NCBI GenBank assembly: GCA_963662465.1
Contig: OY759599.1
Span: forward strand, 1,824,001 to 1,888,000
Length of the DNA stretch: 64,000 nt
Direction of reading: 5' to 3'
Source of the DNA: Desulfatiglandales bacterium
GTDB taxonomy: Bacteria > Desulfobacterota > DSM-4660 > Desulfatiglandales > Desulfatiglandaceae
This document shows, in pieces, positions 11,091 through 21,387 of this stretch; position 1 is the first letter of the stretch; every line of letters begins with the position of its first letter. A model generated the notes under the pieces. It was not told the DNA's origin and made no database searches. It saw only the letters and a program-made list of their open reading frames with translations. The translations under genes were made by a program, and so were the position numbers.

Positions 11091-11488
11091 CTTGATTACC
11101 TTTCGCGGCATTTCTGCCCGCAATTTTCATGCTCACGGTTTTTTTGAGGAAGACGGTTGATTATGGTTGCATTTTCTTGTAGGATCGCATCCTAAAAGTT
11201 CGCGGATTTACATATATTAAAAGAGGGAAAAAGTAAATGGAACGCGTGCAATCTCTGTTTTTTTCCAATGCACAAAATATTTTTTATTGATTTTCCCTTG
11301 ACTTGCAAACGCTGATCCTCTATTTTTTCACTCGGTCGCGGCAACCGGCTGTCAGTTTCTTTGTGTTTTGGTTTCAATTTGAGGTGGTAATTGACCCCAT
11401 TCATATTTGAGCTTATAACCTCAAGCGGCCTTTGCTTTGGGGTCGGAAGCTGGATAAGGTGTTTTTCAGGCGTAACCAGGGAGGAAAG

Positions 11489-11767
11489 ATGAACAAGTCA
11501 GAATTGATTGAAGCCTTAGCCAAAGAGAAAGATTTACCCCTGAGGAAGGCTGAGGAGGTAGTCAACACCGTCTTTGGGGAAATGGAAAGCGCCCTCATCA
11601 AAGGCGAGCGAGTTGAAATTCGAGGGCTGGGAAGTTTTAAAGTAAAAGAGTACGAAGGTTACAAGGGCCGAAACCCTAAAACCGGGGAAATCATCAATGT
11701 GGGGCGTAAGAAACTTCCTTTTTTCAAGGTTGGGAAGGAACTGAAGGAAAGAGTCGATATTATGTAA
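11489..11767 (+). CDS. ihfB: Integration host factor beta / HU family DNA-binding protein
   Basis: MNKSELIEAL..ERVEIRGLGSF..GRNPKTGE..PFFKVGKELKERV; RBS GGAGG. Confidence 0.82.
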   Translation: MNKSELIEALAKEKDLPLRKAEEVVNTVFGEMESALIKGERVEIRGLGSFKVKEYEGYKGRNPKTGEIINVGRKKLPFFKVGKELKERVDIM

Positions 11768-11789
11768 ACAGCAGCAAACAAGTTAAGAC

Positions 11790-12063
11790 CCTTGGTCGCG
11801 CTAGACGGGGAGTTAGCGGTGCCCCTTAACCCGAAATCCGCTTATGCGGGGTTGAAAGTCCTTCTGGAGAGTCCTGATTTGAGATGCGTTTTGACACTTT
11901 TGGGGTTGATATGGACCTCACGTAACAGGCACTTATAAACCCCGTCAGATCCGGAAGGAAGCAGCGGTAAGTAAGAAAGTCTGTGTCGTCGAGTGAATCT
12001 ATATGGTTCCCCGGGTGAAGAAGCCATATCGGTCAGGTTTCGAAAAAGGATGCGCGGCCAAGG
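11790..12063 (+). ncRNA. ffs: Signal recognition particle RNA, large (Alu-domain) bacterial type, about 274 nt
   Basis: Helix-8 signature GTCAGATCCGGAAGGAAGCAGC; 5' Alu-like GCTAGACGGGGAGTTAGCGGTGCCC; terminal pairing of CCTTGGTCGCGC with GCGCGGCCAAGG followed by a T-run. Confidence 0.92.
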
Positions 12064-12082
12064 ACTTTTTTTTGGAAGGTTC

Positions 12083-12859
12083 ATGCTGGATTCCCATCAT
12101 CATTGGGCGCTCAAAAATGGCGCTACATGCCTCCAATATCAAAATCTTTCCCAATATAGCCAACTGATCCACGGGACTTTTACCCGGCACGGGGGCTCAA
12201 GCTGTTCTCCCTATGCCACTCTGAATACCAGTTATGATGTTGGGGATCTCACGGACAGCGTGACGGCAAATTTATCCATCATCAAGCGTACTCTGGGGGC
12301 TGCCCACCTTTTCTTCACGCATCAGGTCCATGGGACGGAAGTCCTGGTCCTTTGCGCCGATTCCCCCGGATTGTTCAAGGTTTCCCCCGAGGCGGATGCC
12401 ATGATAACCAATATCCCCCGTGTGGCGCTGATGATAAAACAAGCGGATTGTCAGGGGGTGATCCTCTTTGACCCTAAGGAAAATGTGGTCGCCAATGTCC
12501 ATTGCGGTTGGCGGGGAAACGTGCAAAACATCCTGGGAAAGGTGATACGCCTGATGCAACATCATTTTGGTTGCAGGGGAGAAAACCTGGTTGCCGCCAT
12601 AGGACCCTCTCTCGGCCCCTGTTGCGCGGAATTCATCACCCACGGGGAAATATTCCCAGCGCATTTCGAGGATTTCATGATCGAGGAAAACTATTTTGAT
12701 CTCTGGGGCTTGAGTTCTTATCAACTCCAAACAGCAGGCGTTAATCCAAAGAACATTACGATTTCGGGAATTTGCACTCGATGTCATACCGACCGGTTTT
12801 TTTCTTACAGGGGGGAAAAGACAACCGGACGATTTGCCACCGTTGCCATGCTCGCATAG
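12083..12859 (+). CDS. pgeF: Peptidoglycan editing factor PgeF / YfiH family
   Basis: FTRHGG, QVHG, ADC, VHCGWRG, IGPSLGPCC, CTRC and FFSYR. Start moved to ATG 12083, downstream of the SRP RNA. Confidence 0.9.
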   Translation: MLDSHHHWALKNGATCLQYQNLSQYSQLIHGTFTRHGGSSCSPYATLNTSYDVGDLTDSVTANLSIIKRTLGAAHLFFTHQVHGTEVLVLCADSPGLFKVSPEADAMITNIPRVALMIKQADCQGVILFDPKENVVANVHCGWRGNVQNILGKVIRLMQHHFGCRGENLVAAIGPSLGPCCAEFITHGEIFPAHFEDFMIEENYFDLWGLSSYQLQTAGVNPKNITISGICTRCHTDRFFSYRGEKTTGRFATVAMLA

Positions 12860-12963
12860 GCCCTCGCCATTTGACCTTGACTAACCGAAGCAACAGGCAT
12901 AAGATCCGGTTCAAATCCAGCTTTCACTTTCTTATCAAAATTCATGAGGAATAATCATCAGAA

Positions 12964-14571
12964 ATGCTCACCAAATACATCATCGTCACCGGAGGCGTAC
13001 TTTCGGGATTAGGCAAAGGTATTGCAGCTGCTTCAATCGGCCATCTCTTATCCGCAAAACTCAAAATTGTTCCCATCAAATGCGACGGCTATCTTAACGT
13101 TGATCCCGGCACCATGAATCCTTTTGAACACGGAGAGGTTTTCGTGCTGGATGACGGCGCCGAAGTAGACATGGATTTCGGCCATTACGAACGTTTTCTG
13201 GGGGTCCAATGCAAGTCCAATTGGAATTTGACCATGGGCAAGGTTTTCGACATGGTCAGGAAAAAGGAAAGGCGCGGCGATTATCTGGGTAAAACCGTTC
13301 AATATATTCCACACGTAACAGATCTGATCAAGGATCACATTGCCCAGGTCGTAGAAGAAGAATCGCCGGACCTGGTAATTATAGAAATCGGCGGAACCGT
13401 CGGCGACATTGAAAACGAACTGTTTTTGGAAGCCATGCGCCAGATGAAAAAAGATGTGGGGCGAAACAATATTATATTCGTGCATCTCACCTATGTACCG
13501 ATCCCGGCCGGCGTCAATGAGCAGAAATCCAAACCCACCCAGCAGAGCGTCAATCTCTTGCAGCAACGGGGTATCTTCCCGGATATTATTATCGGTCGAT
13601 CCCCGGAATTCCTGACACCTGAAATCAAGACCAAAATATCCAATTTCTGCGATGTCAAACCCGAGGCCGTGATTACCGGTTTGGATGTGGACGACATCTA
13701 TGAACTCCCCATTATTTTCGAACAGGAGGGTCTGCCCGAAAACATCCATAAAAAACTCAACATATACAGCCCTCCGGATCTCAGAAAGTGGAAAAAGCTG
13801 GTGGAGAATATCAGGAATCCTGAGAAAGAAATCACCATCGCCATGTGCGGAAAATATACCAAACTTGAAGATTCCTATGCCTCCATCATTGAGTCCTTTA
13901 ATCACTGTTCCGCCCACCTGAAATGCAAAATAAACCTCAAATGGGTTGAGACAACCGGGTTAAGAGATGCCTCCCAATTGGATCAAATCGACGGTTTGGT
14001 TGTCCCCGGCGGGTTTGGATCACGGGGCGCTGAAGGGAAAATTGAAACGATCCGCCTGGCGCGGGAACAGGATATCCCCTTCCTGGGACTCTGTTTGGGG
14101 CTTCAACTGGCGGTTATTGAATTCGCGCGGCATGTCTGCGGTCTGGAGGGGGCCAACTCCACGGAAATGGAACCTGAAACGCCATATCCGGTCATTGATA
14201 TTCTGCCGGAGCAAAGAACGGTGACCGAAAAAGGGGGAACCATGCGTCTTGGCGCCTACCCTGCCCTGATCACTGAAGGATCCGTGGTGCATTCCCTCTA
14301 TGGAACCCGAGAAGTATCCGAGCGCCACCGGCACCGCTATGAAGTCAACCCTGAATACCATCAGATCCTTCAGGAAAAGGGGATGGTATTCTCCGGTATG
14401 AGTCCCAACGGCAAGCTGGTTGAGTTTATTGAATTGCCGAAGTTAAAATTCTTTTGCGCGACTCAGGCCCACCCGGAGCTGAAGTCAAGGATGGAGGTCC
14501 CTGCCCCGCTCTTCTTCGGGTTTGTAAAGGCTTGCATGGAATCGATCAGGAAGAAAGGTAATATCGAATGA
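12964..14571 (+). CDS. pyrG: CTP synthase
   Basis: TGGVLSGLGKG, KSKPTQQSV, PGGFGSRG, LCLGLQ, ERHRHRYE and QAHPE. Confidence 0.97.
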   Translation: MLTKYIIVTGGVLSGLGKGIAAASIGHLLSAKLKIVPIKCDGYLNVDPGTMNPFEHGEVFVLDDGAEVDMDFGHYERFLGVQCKSNWNLTMGKVFDMVRKKERRGDYLGKTVQYIPHVTDLIKDHIAQVVEEESPDLVIIEIGGTVGDIENELFLEAMRQMKKDVGRNNIIFVHLTYVPIPAGVNEQKSKPTQQSVNLLQQRGIFPDIIIGRSPEFLTPEIKTKISNFCDVKPEAVITGLDVDDIYELPIIFEQEGLPENIHKKLNIYSPPDLRKWKKLVENIRNPEKEITIAMCGKYTKLEDSYASIIESFNHCSAHLKCKINLKWVETTGLRDASQLDQIDGLVVPGGFGSRGAEGKIETIRLAREQDIPFLGLCLGLQLAVIEFARHVCGLEGANSTEMEPETPYPVIDILPEQRTVTEKGGTMRLGAYPALITEGSVVHSLYGTREVSERHRHRYEVNPEYHQILQEKGMVFSGMSPNGKLVEFIELPKLKFFCATQAHPELKSRMEVPAPLFFGFVKACMESIRKKGNIE

Positions 14572-15871
14572 TGCTGCGGCCGAGTCGGTTGGCCCGTATG
14601 CCCAGCATTTTCCCATGGATGCCCAACACGGCGATGCAAACCCCTTCTCTTCCATCAGGCGGAATCACATAAGCCGTTAACCAGTCATATTTGAATTCGT
14701 CGCTTCGATCATTGATGGTGCCCGTCTTTGCCCCTAACTCCACCCCTTTGTAGGCCTTTCTGCGTCTCTCCCGACGAAACGCGTTCCTGCAGGTGCCATG
14801 GAGAACAGTGTCTTTCATGAGGATCCTAAGCCCTTTTGCCGTTTCAGGGGTGATGGAGATTCCCATCTGTGATTCACTGTTTTGGTAGAGAACCTGCCCA
14901 TCCTCGTTGACGACCCTCTTGACAATCCACGGTTTCATCATCACCCCGTCATTGACCACCGCCGAAGCCAGAAGCGCTGCGTGCAAGGGAGATATGGTGG
15001 TCCCTTTGTTAAACCCGCTGGCCAGCTCAGCCAGTCCGAAATCATCTTCCGCAACAAAAACCTCGCTCATGCCAACGGGAAAATCAAAGGGAATGGTTCG
15101 ATTAAAAAAGAATTTTTCCGCCGATGACAAAAGCACATCCCCTCCCAGATCGTATATGCCCAATTTCCCGAATACCGGGTTGATGGAGGACGCAAAGGCT
15201 TCCCTGAAACTGATGGTGGCCGCATATTTGCTCTTTCGGTTTTTAAGCTGATTTTTATAGAGCGTATGCTTTCTCCCCACAAAGGAAACCGATTTTTCCG
15301 GCGAAAAACCCGCAGACTCCAAGGCCGCTGCCGCCGAAACAATTTTAAAGAGGCTGGCGGCTGGATAATCCGCCTTAAGACAAAGGCTTGCCCCTTCCGA
15401 TTCGCTGTCGTAGCTGACCATGGCGAGAATGCGTCCGTCATCGGGTCTCATGACAACCACAGCCGCCTTCACGGTTTTGGATTTCTCCAGTAAATCCAGA
15501 ATAAAAACCTGAAGGTCGGGATCGAGGGATGATTCCACAACCAGGGGAACGCCTTCTTTTTCCAGTGTAAAGCGATTTTCAAGATGAGCGGGGTCCAGAT
15601 TCAGATCCTTTACGCCCCGGATCAGAATTTTTTTTGAAACTAAGTCTACCGAATCCATTGGTTCACTTATGGCTGAGAGCGCGTCGCCCTCTGGGCCTGC
15701 TTTCCCTGAAAACCATGGGATCGGGAAAAAAAACAGATAAGTCGTAATAAGAACGCACAGGCAAAGGGTTAACAGGGTTGCCCTGGCGCCAAAACACTTT
15801 TTTGAGGGTGTTCGGCAAAGATTCGGATTGTGATCCCGCCACCCTGAATTATAGGAAAATCGGTTATCCAT
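14546..15871 (-). CDS. Penicillin-binding transpeptidase-domain protein
   Basis: TM anchor plus SxxK (SLFK), SxN (SIN) and KTG motifs. Start placed at ATG 15871, just after the serS stop. Confidence 0.87.
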   Translation of the reverse strand: MDNRFSYNSGWRDHNPNLCRTPSKKCFGARATLLTLCLCVLITTYLFFFPIPWFSGKAGPEGDALSAISEPMDSVDLVSKKILIRGVKDLNLDPAHLENRFTLEKEGVPLVVESSLDPDLQVFILDLLEKSKTVKAAVVVMRPDDGRILAMVSYDSESEGASLCLKADYPAASLFKIVSAAAALESAGFSPEKSVSFVGRKHTLYKNQLKNRKSKYAATISFREAFASSINPVFGKLGIYDLGGDVLLSSAEKFFFNRTIPFDFPVGMSEVFVAEDDFGLAELASGFNKGTTISPLHAALLASAVVNDGVMMKPWIVKRVVNEDGQVLYQNSESQMGISITPETAKGLRILMKDTVLHGTCRNAFRRERRRKAYKGVELGAKTGTINDRSDEFKYDWLTAYVIPPDGREGVCIAVLGIHGKMLGIRANRLGRSIIRYYLSS

Positions 15872-15872
15872 A

Positions 15873-17150
15873 TTATTCTCGCGAAATGATTTCAATTCCG
15901 CCCATGAAGGGTCTGAGCGCTTCCGGGACTTTAACACTGCCATCTTCTCGCTGGTAGTTCTCCAGAATTGCCACCAGGGTCCTCCCCACTGCCAGGCCGC
16001 TGCCATTCAGCGTGTGAACCAGCTCGGTTCCGGATTCCCCTTTTCGTTTAAATCGGATACTCGACCTTCTGGCCTGAAAATCCACGAAATTGCTGCAAGA
16101 GGATATTTCCCGGTACAACCCCTGGCCGGGAAGCCATACCTCCAGATCGTAGGTCTTTGCCGCGGAAAAGCCGATATCTCCCGTACAGAGGGTTACCACC
16201 CGATAAGGAAGCTCAAGACGCTGCAATATCTCTTCCGCATTCCGGGTTAACTTTTCCAATTCATCATAAGAATGCTCCGGCTTTACGAATTTAACCAGCT
16301 CCACCTTATTAAATTGGTGCTGCCGAATGAGGCCTCGGGTGTCTTTACCATAGGATCCCGCTTCCGACCTGAAGCAGGGGGTATAGGCGACATAGGCGAC
16401 CGGGAGATCGCTTTCCGCAAGGACTTCATCCCGGTGCATGTTGGTGACGGGAACCTCCGCCGTGGGAATCAGATAGAGATCTCTGCCTTCTATTTTAAAA
16501 AGCTCCTCTTCAAATTTGGGCAACTGGCCGGTGCCGAACAGGGAGGCGGCGTTGACCATGAAGGGGGGGAGAATTTCCGTGTAGCCATGCTCCACCGTAT
16601 GAATGTGGAGCATAAAATTGATTAGCGCCCGCTCCATGGCGGCGCCCGCTCCCCGGTAAAGGGCAAACCTGCTTCCAGAGAGCTTGGCGGCGCATGCAAA
16701 ATCCAAAATCCCCAGGTTTTCACCGATTTCCCAGTGCGGCAACGGTTTATAAGCAAAGTTCTCAATATTGCCCCAGATTCTGATGACCGGGTTGTCCTTT
16801 TCATCTTTGCCCACCGGAACGGATTCGTTGGGAATATTGGGAATGAGCTGAAGGAGGCTTTCCAGTTCTTCCACGAACCGTGGGAGATCCTTTTCCTTTT
16901 CCTTAATATCAGCGGCAACTGTTTTCATTTCTGAAATCGCATGGGAGGCATCCTTGCCGCTCTTCTTCATGAGGGCAATCTCTTCGCTTGCCCTGTTCCT
17001 GCGGCATCGAAGCGCTTCCAGAACGGCAAGCCGCTCTTTTCTCTCCCGGTCCAATGTTTCGAATCGTGAAATATCCAGATCGTATCCGCGGTTTCGGATC
17101 ATCTCCTTGATATCCTGAAGATTCGATCTGACAACCTTAAGGTCAAGCAT
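15873..17150 (-). CDS. serS: Serine--tRNA ligase
   Basis: [33 protein letters not shown] and HTLNGSGLA. Confidence 0.97.
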   Translation of the reverse strand: MLDLKVVRSNLQDIKEMIRNRGYDLDISRFETLDRERKERLAVLEALRCRRNRASEEIALMKKSGKDASHAISEMKTVAADIKEKEKDLPRFVEELESLLQLIPNIPNESVPVGKDEKDNPVIRIWGNIENFAYKPLPHWEIGENLGILDFACAAKLSGSRFALYRGAGAAMERALINFMLHIHTVEHGYTEILPPFMVNAASLFGTGQLPKFEEELFKIEGRDLYLIPTAEVPVTNMHRDEVLAESDLPVAYVAYTPCFRSEAGSYGKDTRGLIRQHQFNKVELVKFVKPEHSYDELEKLTRNAEEILQRLELPYRVVTLCTGDIGFSAAKTYDLEVWLPGQGLYREISSCSNFVDFQARRSSIRFKRKGESGTELVHTLNGSGLAVGRTLVAILENYQREDGSVKVPEALRPFMGGIEIISRE

Positions 17151-17302
17151 AATCATCTCCCGAATTTACAAAAATCATTTTCCTTACTTAACTTTTCTAC
17201 ATGATCAAACGGGAATCGTCAAACATTTTGAGGCCTAAACCAAATTGAACTTTATAAAAATCCATGCTATAAGGGCATCTTCTTCAATCAGATGGTGCAA
17301 AT

Positions 17303-18715
17303 ATGAAAAATGTCGAACCCAAAAAAAAACCCAATGCGCTGTGGAAATTCCTGAGTTCAGTCAAGCTTACCATTGTTCTACTGATTCTCCTGGCTATTGT
17401 TTCCATCCTCGGAACCCTGATCCCTCAGCAGCAGGGGGCCGAGGAATTTGCCAAAAGCCTTACCCCCGGCATGTTTCGTCTACTTTCAACGCTCCAGCTC
17501 TTTGACATGTACAACGCCCCCTGGTTCAGGCTCCTCATCGGATTTCTGGCCCTCAACCTGATCGTTTGTTCCATTAACCGATTTCCCGCCACATGGAAAC
17601 GATTCAGCGCCAGACCCGCTCCCGATCGAAACAAGCCTTTTGAAAATACCCCCGTCGAAAATTGCCTGGAGGTCGGCGACAACGCCAATGAAACAGCAGA
17701 CAGGGTCGAAAAGATATTTCAATCGGGCTACAAGAATGTGCGAAAAAAAGTCAGTGGGTCTTCTCATTTCTTTTATGGGGAAAAAGGGCGGTTCTCTCAC
17801 TTTGGCGTTTATGTAGTTCACTTGAGTGTACTCCTGATCCTCACGGGAGGTCTGGTGGGATCATTTTTTGGTTTTGAGGCCTATGTCAATATTCTGGAGG
17901 GAGAAAAAACAAACAGGATCATCAACACCAAAACCATGATCCCCCTGAAACTGAACTTTGAAGTGCGTTGCGATAAATTCTCCGTCGATTTCTACAAAAC
18001 CGGGGCGCCCAAAGAGTTTAAATCGCTACTGACCTTCCTGGTCAACGGGAAACCCGTCAAAAAAAGCGACCTTCTGGTCAATCATCCGGTGGAATTCAAT
18101 GGGATTACGTTCTATCAGGCCAGTTACGGCGCCGTTCCCGGTAAAGAAGCGAACTTGAGTATTCATGGAAAATCAAATAACCCCGTTCTGACAGAAATGG
18201 ATGTGAAAAGCGATACAGATTATCCATTGCCCGGTGGTGAAGGGACTTTCAAGGTAGTGGACATGAGAAGCGATATTATGCATTTGGGCCCCGCCGTACT
18301 CATTTCCATTCAACCTGAAACAGGGAACCGCATGGAATTTTGGGTGTTTAGGGATCAGGAGGCTGTTCAAAAAAGATTGCCTGCGCCCATGCTGGCCTCC
18401 ACCAAATTTAATCCTTCCGCCTTTTCACCCTACCGCTTTTCCCTTAAAGGTCTCCAGACGCTCTATTATACAGGTCTCCAGGCAAACAGGGACCCGGGGG
18501 TTCCCATTGTGTGGGCGGGCTGTTTTCTAATGATTTTGGGACTTTTCATGTCTTTTTTTCTGTCGCATAAAAGGATGTGGGTGCGAGTCCTGAAGCAAGG
18601 CGCAACCGTGCGAATAGAGGTAGCGGGAACAACCAACAAAAATCCGGTGGGACTTCAAAACGAACTTTATCATCTTACCCTGAGTCTCAAAAATGAATTC
18701 AGTAAAAAGGGCTAA
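17303..18715 (+). CDS. resB: Cytochrome c biogenesis protein ResB/Ccs1 (System II)
   Basis: SSVKLTIVLL..SILGTLIPQ, VHLS, VNHP and DPGVPIVWAG. Confidence 0.9.
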   Translation: MKNVEPKKKPNALWKFLSSVKLTIVLLILLAIVSILGTLIPQQQGAEEFAKSLTPGMFRLLSTLQLFDMYNAPWFRLLIGFLALNLIVCSINRFPATWKRFSARPAPDRNKPFENTPVENCLEVGDNANETADRVEKIFQSGYKNVRKKVSGSSHFFYGEKGRFSHFGVYVVHLSVLLILTGGLVGSFFGFEAYVNILEGEKTNRIINTKTMIPLKLNFEVRCDKFSVDFYKTGAPKEFKSLLTFLVNGKPVKKSDLLVNHPVEFNGITFYQASYGAVPGKEANLSIHGKSNNPVLTEMDVKSDTDYPLPGGEGTFKVVDMRSDIMHLGPAVLISIQPETGNRMEFWVFRDQEAVQKRLPAPMLASTKFNPSAFSPYRFSLKGLQTLYYTGLQANRDPGVPIVWAGCFLMILGLFMSFFLSHKRMWVRVLKQGATVRIEVAGTTNKNPVGLQNELYHLTLSLKNEFSKKG

Positions 18716-18720
18716 AACAC

Positions 18721-19563
18721 ATGCATAACTCTCTGATTCTCAGTTACACCACCTTCATATATTTTGCGGCGTTTATGGCTTACCTTCTGGGAATGGTCAT
18801 GAATCGTTCTTTTTTTTCCCGTTTGGGCACGTACCTATCGATTCTGGGGCTCACAGCCCAAACCCTGGCCATCATTCTCAGATGGGCGGAGTCCTATAAA
18901 ATAGGTATCGGTCATGCGCCCTTTTCCAACCTCTACGAGTCTTTGGTCTTTTTTGCCTGGACCCTGATGTTTCTCTATCTCATTGTAGAATGGCGCACCA
19001 AAAACCGAACCATCGGAACCTTTGTGACCCCGCTGGCGTTTCTGGCCATGGCCTATGCTTCCTTCTCCCCCAATATTAACAGCCAAATTCAACCCCTGAT
19101 CCCGGCCCTTAAAAGCAATTGGCTGATCAGCCATGTCATTACCTGTTTTTTTGGTTACGCCGCATTCGGTTTGTCCTTTGGAATCAGCATGATGTACCTG
19201 TTGAAACGGTTGGACACGGAAAAGAAAAACAACCTCTTCTTAAAACTCATCCCCTCCACCGCTATCCTGGACGACCTCAATTACCAGATGATCGTCATCG
19301 GTTTTCTCATGTTGACCCTTGGCATTATCACAGGTTCAGTCTGGGCACATTCAGCCTGGGGGACTTACTGGAGCTGGGACCCGAAAGAAACCTGGTCCCT
19401 CATCACCTGGCTGGTTTATGCATCGGTTATCCATGCCCGCTTGGTGAGGGGTTGGAAAGGGAAAAGAATAGCGATTCTTTCCATTGTGGGCTTTCTCTGC
19501 GTCCTTTTTACCTATTTTGGCGTCAATTATTTGGCGGGTCTCCACAGTTACGCAAAAAAATAG
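18721..19563 (+). CDS. ccsA: Cytochrome c biogenesis protein CcsA/ResC
   Basis: WWD motif WAHSAWGTYWSWDPKETW and C-terminal GLHSY. Confidence 0.94.
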   Translation: MHNSLILSYTTFIYFAAFMAYLLGMVMNRSFFSRLGTYLSILGLTAQTLAIILRWAESYKIGIGHAPFSNLYESLVFFAWTLMFLYLIVEWRTKNRTIGTFVTPLAFLAMAYASFSPNINSQIQPLIPALKSNWLISHVITCFFGYAAFGLSFGISMMYLLKRLDTEKKNNLFLKLIPSTAILDDLNYQMIVIGFLMLTLGIITGSVWAHSAWGTYWSWDPKETWSLITWLVYASVIHARLVRGWKGKRIAILSIVGFLCVLFTYFGVNYLAGLHSYAKK

Positions 19564-19728
19564 TCCTTTATCTTCATGTATTTTCTTGACATTTCCGTTT
19601 TTTTCTGAAATTGTCACGTTAACATGCGATTATGGAATGTGCTTAGGCAAACTTGAAGCGCTGAAGTCTTTCCATCTCCGCTTTTTTAAATCTTTTGACC
19701 CCGTGAAAATAAGATGAGGATTAAAGCT

Positions 19729-20982
19729 ATGCCTGAAATCATGATTGTTGATGATGATGTGATCACTGTAACGGAGCTGACCGAAGCTCTGAAATCTTCC
19801 GGATATAAAATATCGGGCACGGCGGAATCCGGCGAGGAGGCCGTAGACATGGCAATAAAAACCCATCCGGATCTTGTTCTGATGGATATTGTCATGACCG
19901 GTAAGATAGACGGTATTGAGGCGGCAACAAAAATCAGGACGGAATTGAACATTCCAGTCATATTTCTGACCGGTTACTCGGAGGAAGAATACATTGAAAG
20001 GGCAAAATCGGCGAGATCTTTTGGATACCTCCTTAAACCCTTTACCGATGCGCAGGTCAGTTCAGCCATAAAAATTGCCCTCTCTAATTTTGAACTTGAG
20101 AAGTCATTGGTGGAGGCGCACGCCGAACTGGAAAAAATAGTGGAAAAACGAACCGCCGATCTGGAGAAAGTCAACGATCAGATGCGCGCCTTGATGGATG
20201 CCTCCTCAGATGCGGCCCAACTCCTGGATCTCAAGGGAAATATCATTGCCGCCAACAAAATAACCGCCAAACGGTTTAAGGTTCCCTTGGATGAACTTCT
20301 GGGCAAGTGTATTTATGATTATCTGCCTCCCCAAATTGCAAAAAAGAGAGAAGGCAAGGTGGCGCAGGTCATCAACACCAAAAAACCCAGCCGGTTTGAG
20401 GACAGCCTCGGACGGTTTATTTTGCAGAACACCATGTATCCCGTATTAAATTCAAAGGGAAAGGTCGTGCAGCTGGCCATCTATTCCAGGGATATTTCTC
20501 AGGAGAAAAAAAATACCCAGAGCCTGAAAAAAAGAGAGAAAGAACTGGAATCCCGAACCCGAAGCCTGGAAGAGGCCAATACCGCGTTCAGCATCCTGCT
20601 GAGGCGACGCGAGGAAGATCGGACTCATTTTGAATCCTCAGTCATATCCAATATCAGCACCCTGATCAATCCCTACATCGAAAAACTCAAGAATACGCCT
20701 CTGGATGCGCTCCAGACCAACCATCTGAATGTCATTGAAACCAATCTGGAACAAATTATTTCACCATTCGTTCGGGATATTGGAAGCAGAGTTCTGGACT
20801 TAACGCCCATGGAAATCCGGGTGGCCAATCTGGTGAAAGAGGGCAAGAGCAACATAGAGATTGCCGAAAAGCTGTCGGTATCCAAAAATACAATTTTGAC
20901 CCATCGTTTCAACTTGAGACGAAAACTGGGCATCAAAAACAAAAAAATTAATTTGAGGGCCTATCTCCTTTCGTTTCATTAG
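19729..20982 (+). CDS. REC-PAS-LuxR HTH transcriptional regulator
   Basis: IMIVDDD/LMDI receiver, central PAS domain, LTPMEIRVANLVKEGKSNIEIA HTH. Confidence 0.87.
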   Translation: MPEIMIVDDDVITVTELTEALKSSGYKISGTAESGEEAVDMAIKTHPDLVLMDIVMTGKIDGIEAATKIRTELNIPVIFLTGYSEEEYIERAKSARSFGYLLKPFTDAQVSSAIKIALSNFELEKSLVEAHAELEKIVEKRTADLEKVNDQMRALMDASSDAAQLLDLKGNIIAANKITAKRFKVPLDELLGKCIYDYLPPQIAKKREGKVAQVINTKKPSRFEDSLGRFILQNTMYPVLNSKGKVVQLAIYSRDISQEKKNTQSLKKREKELESRTRSLEEANTAFSILLRRREEDRTHFESSVISNISTLINPYIEKLKNTPLDALQTNHLNVIETNLEQIISPFVRDIGSRVLDLTPMEIRVANLVKEGKSNIEIAEKLSVSKNTILTHRFNLRRKLGIKNKKINLRAYLLSFH

Positions 20983-20998
20983 GCCCTGAGATTCAAAA

Positions 20999-21280
20999 TT
21001 ATTGGATGGTGGGAACTTCTCCCCCGGAGTTCTCGGCCATTTGGACGGGTCCGAATTTCTGTTCGTACTTGTCCAGATTTTCCTGTAGCGCATGAAGAAT
21101 TCGTTTCATGTGTCCGGGGCTTACGACGACACGTGATTTAACCACGCCTGCCGGCGGAGCGATCATAATAAAATCCATAATAAATTCTTCGGTGGTGTGT
21201 GTCACGGCCATATTGTTGGCATACACACCGCCCACCATCTCCTTAGGAAACTCCACGTTGATTTGTTTGGGGTTAGTCAT
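20999..21280 (-). CDS. DUF3467 family protein
   Basis: GGVYANNMAVTHTTEEFIMDF..VKSRVVVSPGHMKR; RBS AAGGAG. Confidence 0.82.
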   Translation of the reverse strand: MTNPKQINVEFPKEMVGGVYANNMAVTHTTEEFIMDFIMIAPPAGVVKSRVVVSPGHMKRILHALQENLDKYEQKFGPVQMAENSGGEVPTIQ

Positions 21281-21344
21281 TTTTATCTCCTTATTGTTTG
21301 CATTATTCCACATCTAAATAGTAGTACCCGTATGCCCGCCCGTT

Positions 21345-21372
21345 GTAGAGACAAGGCATGCCTTGTCTCTAC
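21345..21372. repeat. GTAG-family REP-like perfect 28-bp palindrome
   Basis: GTAGAGACAAGGCATGCCTTGTCTCTAC equals its own reverse complement. Confidence 0.8.
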
Positions 21373-21387
21373 GCGATTCATACACTA

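Noticed and set aside
11993..12082. N-terminal extension of pgeF, and ORF 11842-12084
   Set aside because: Both overlap the SRP RNA; ATG 12083 is the more plausible start.
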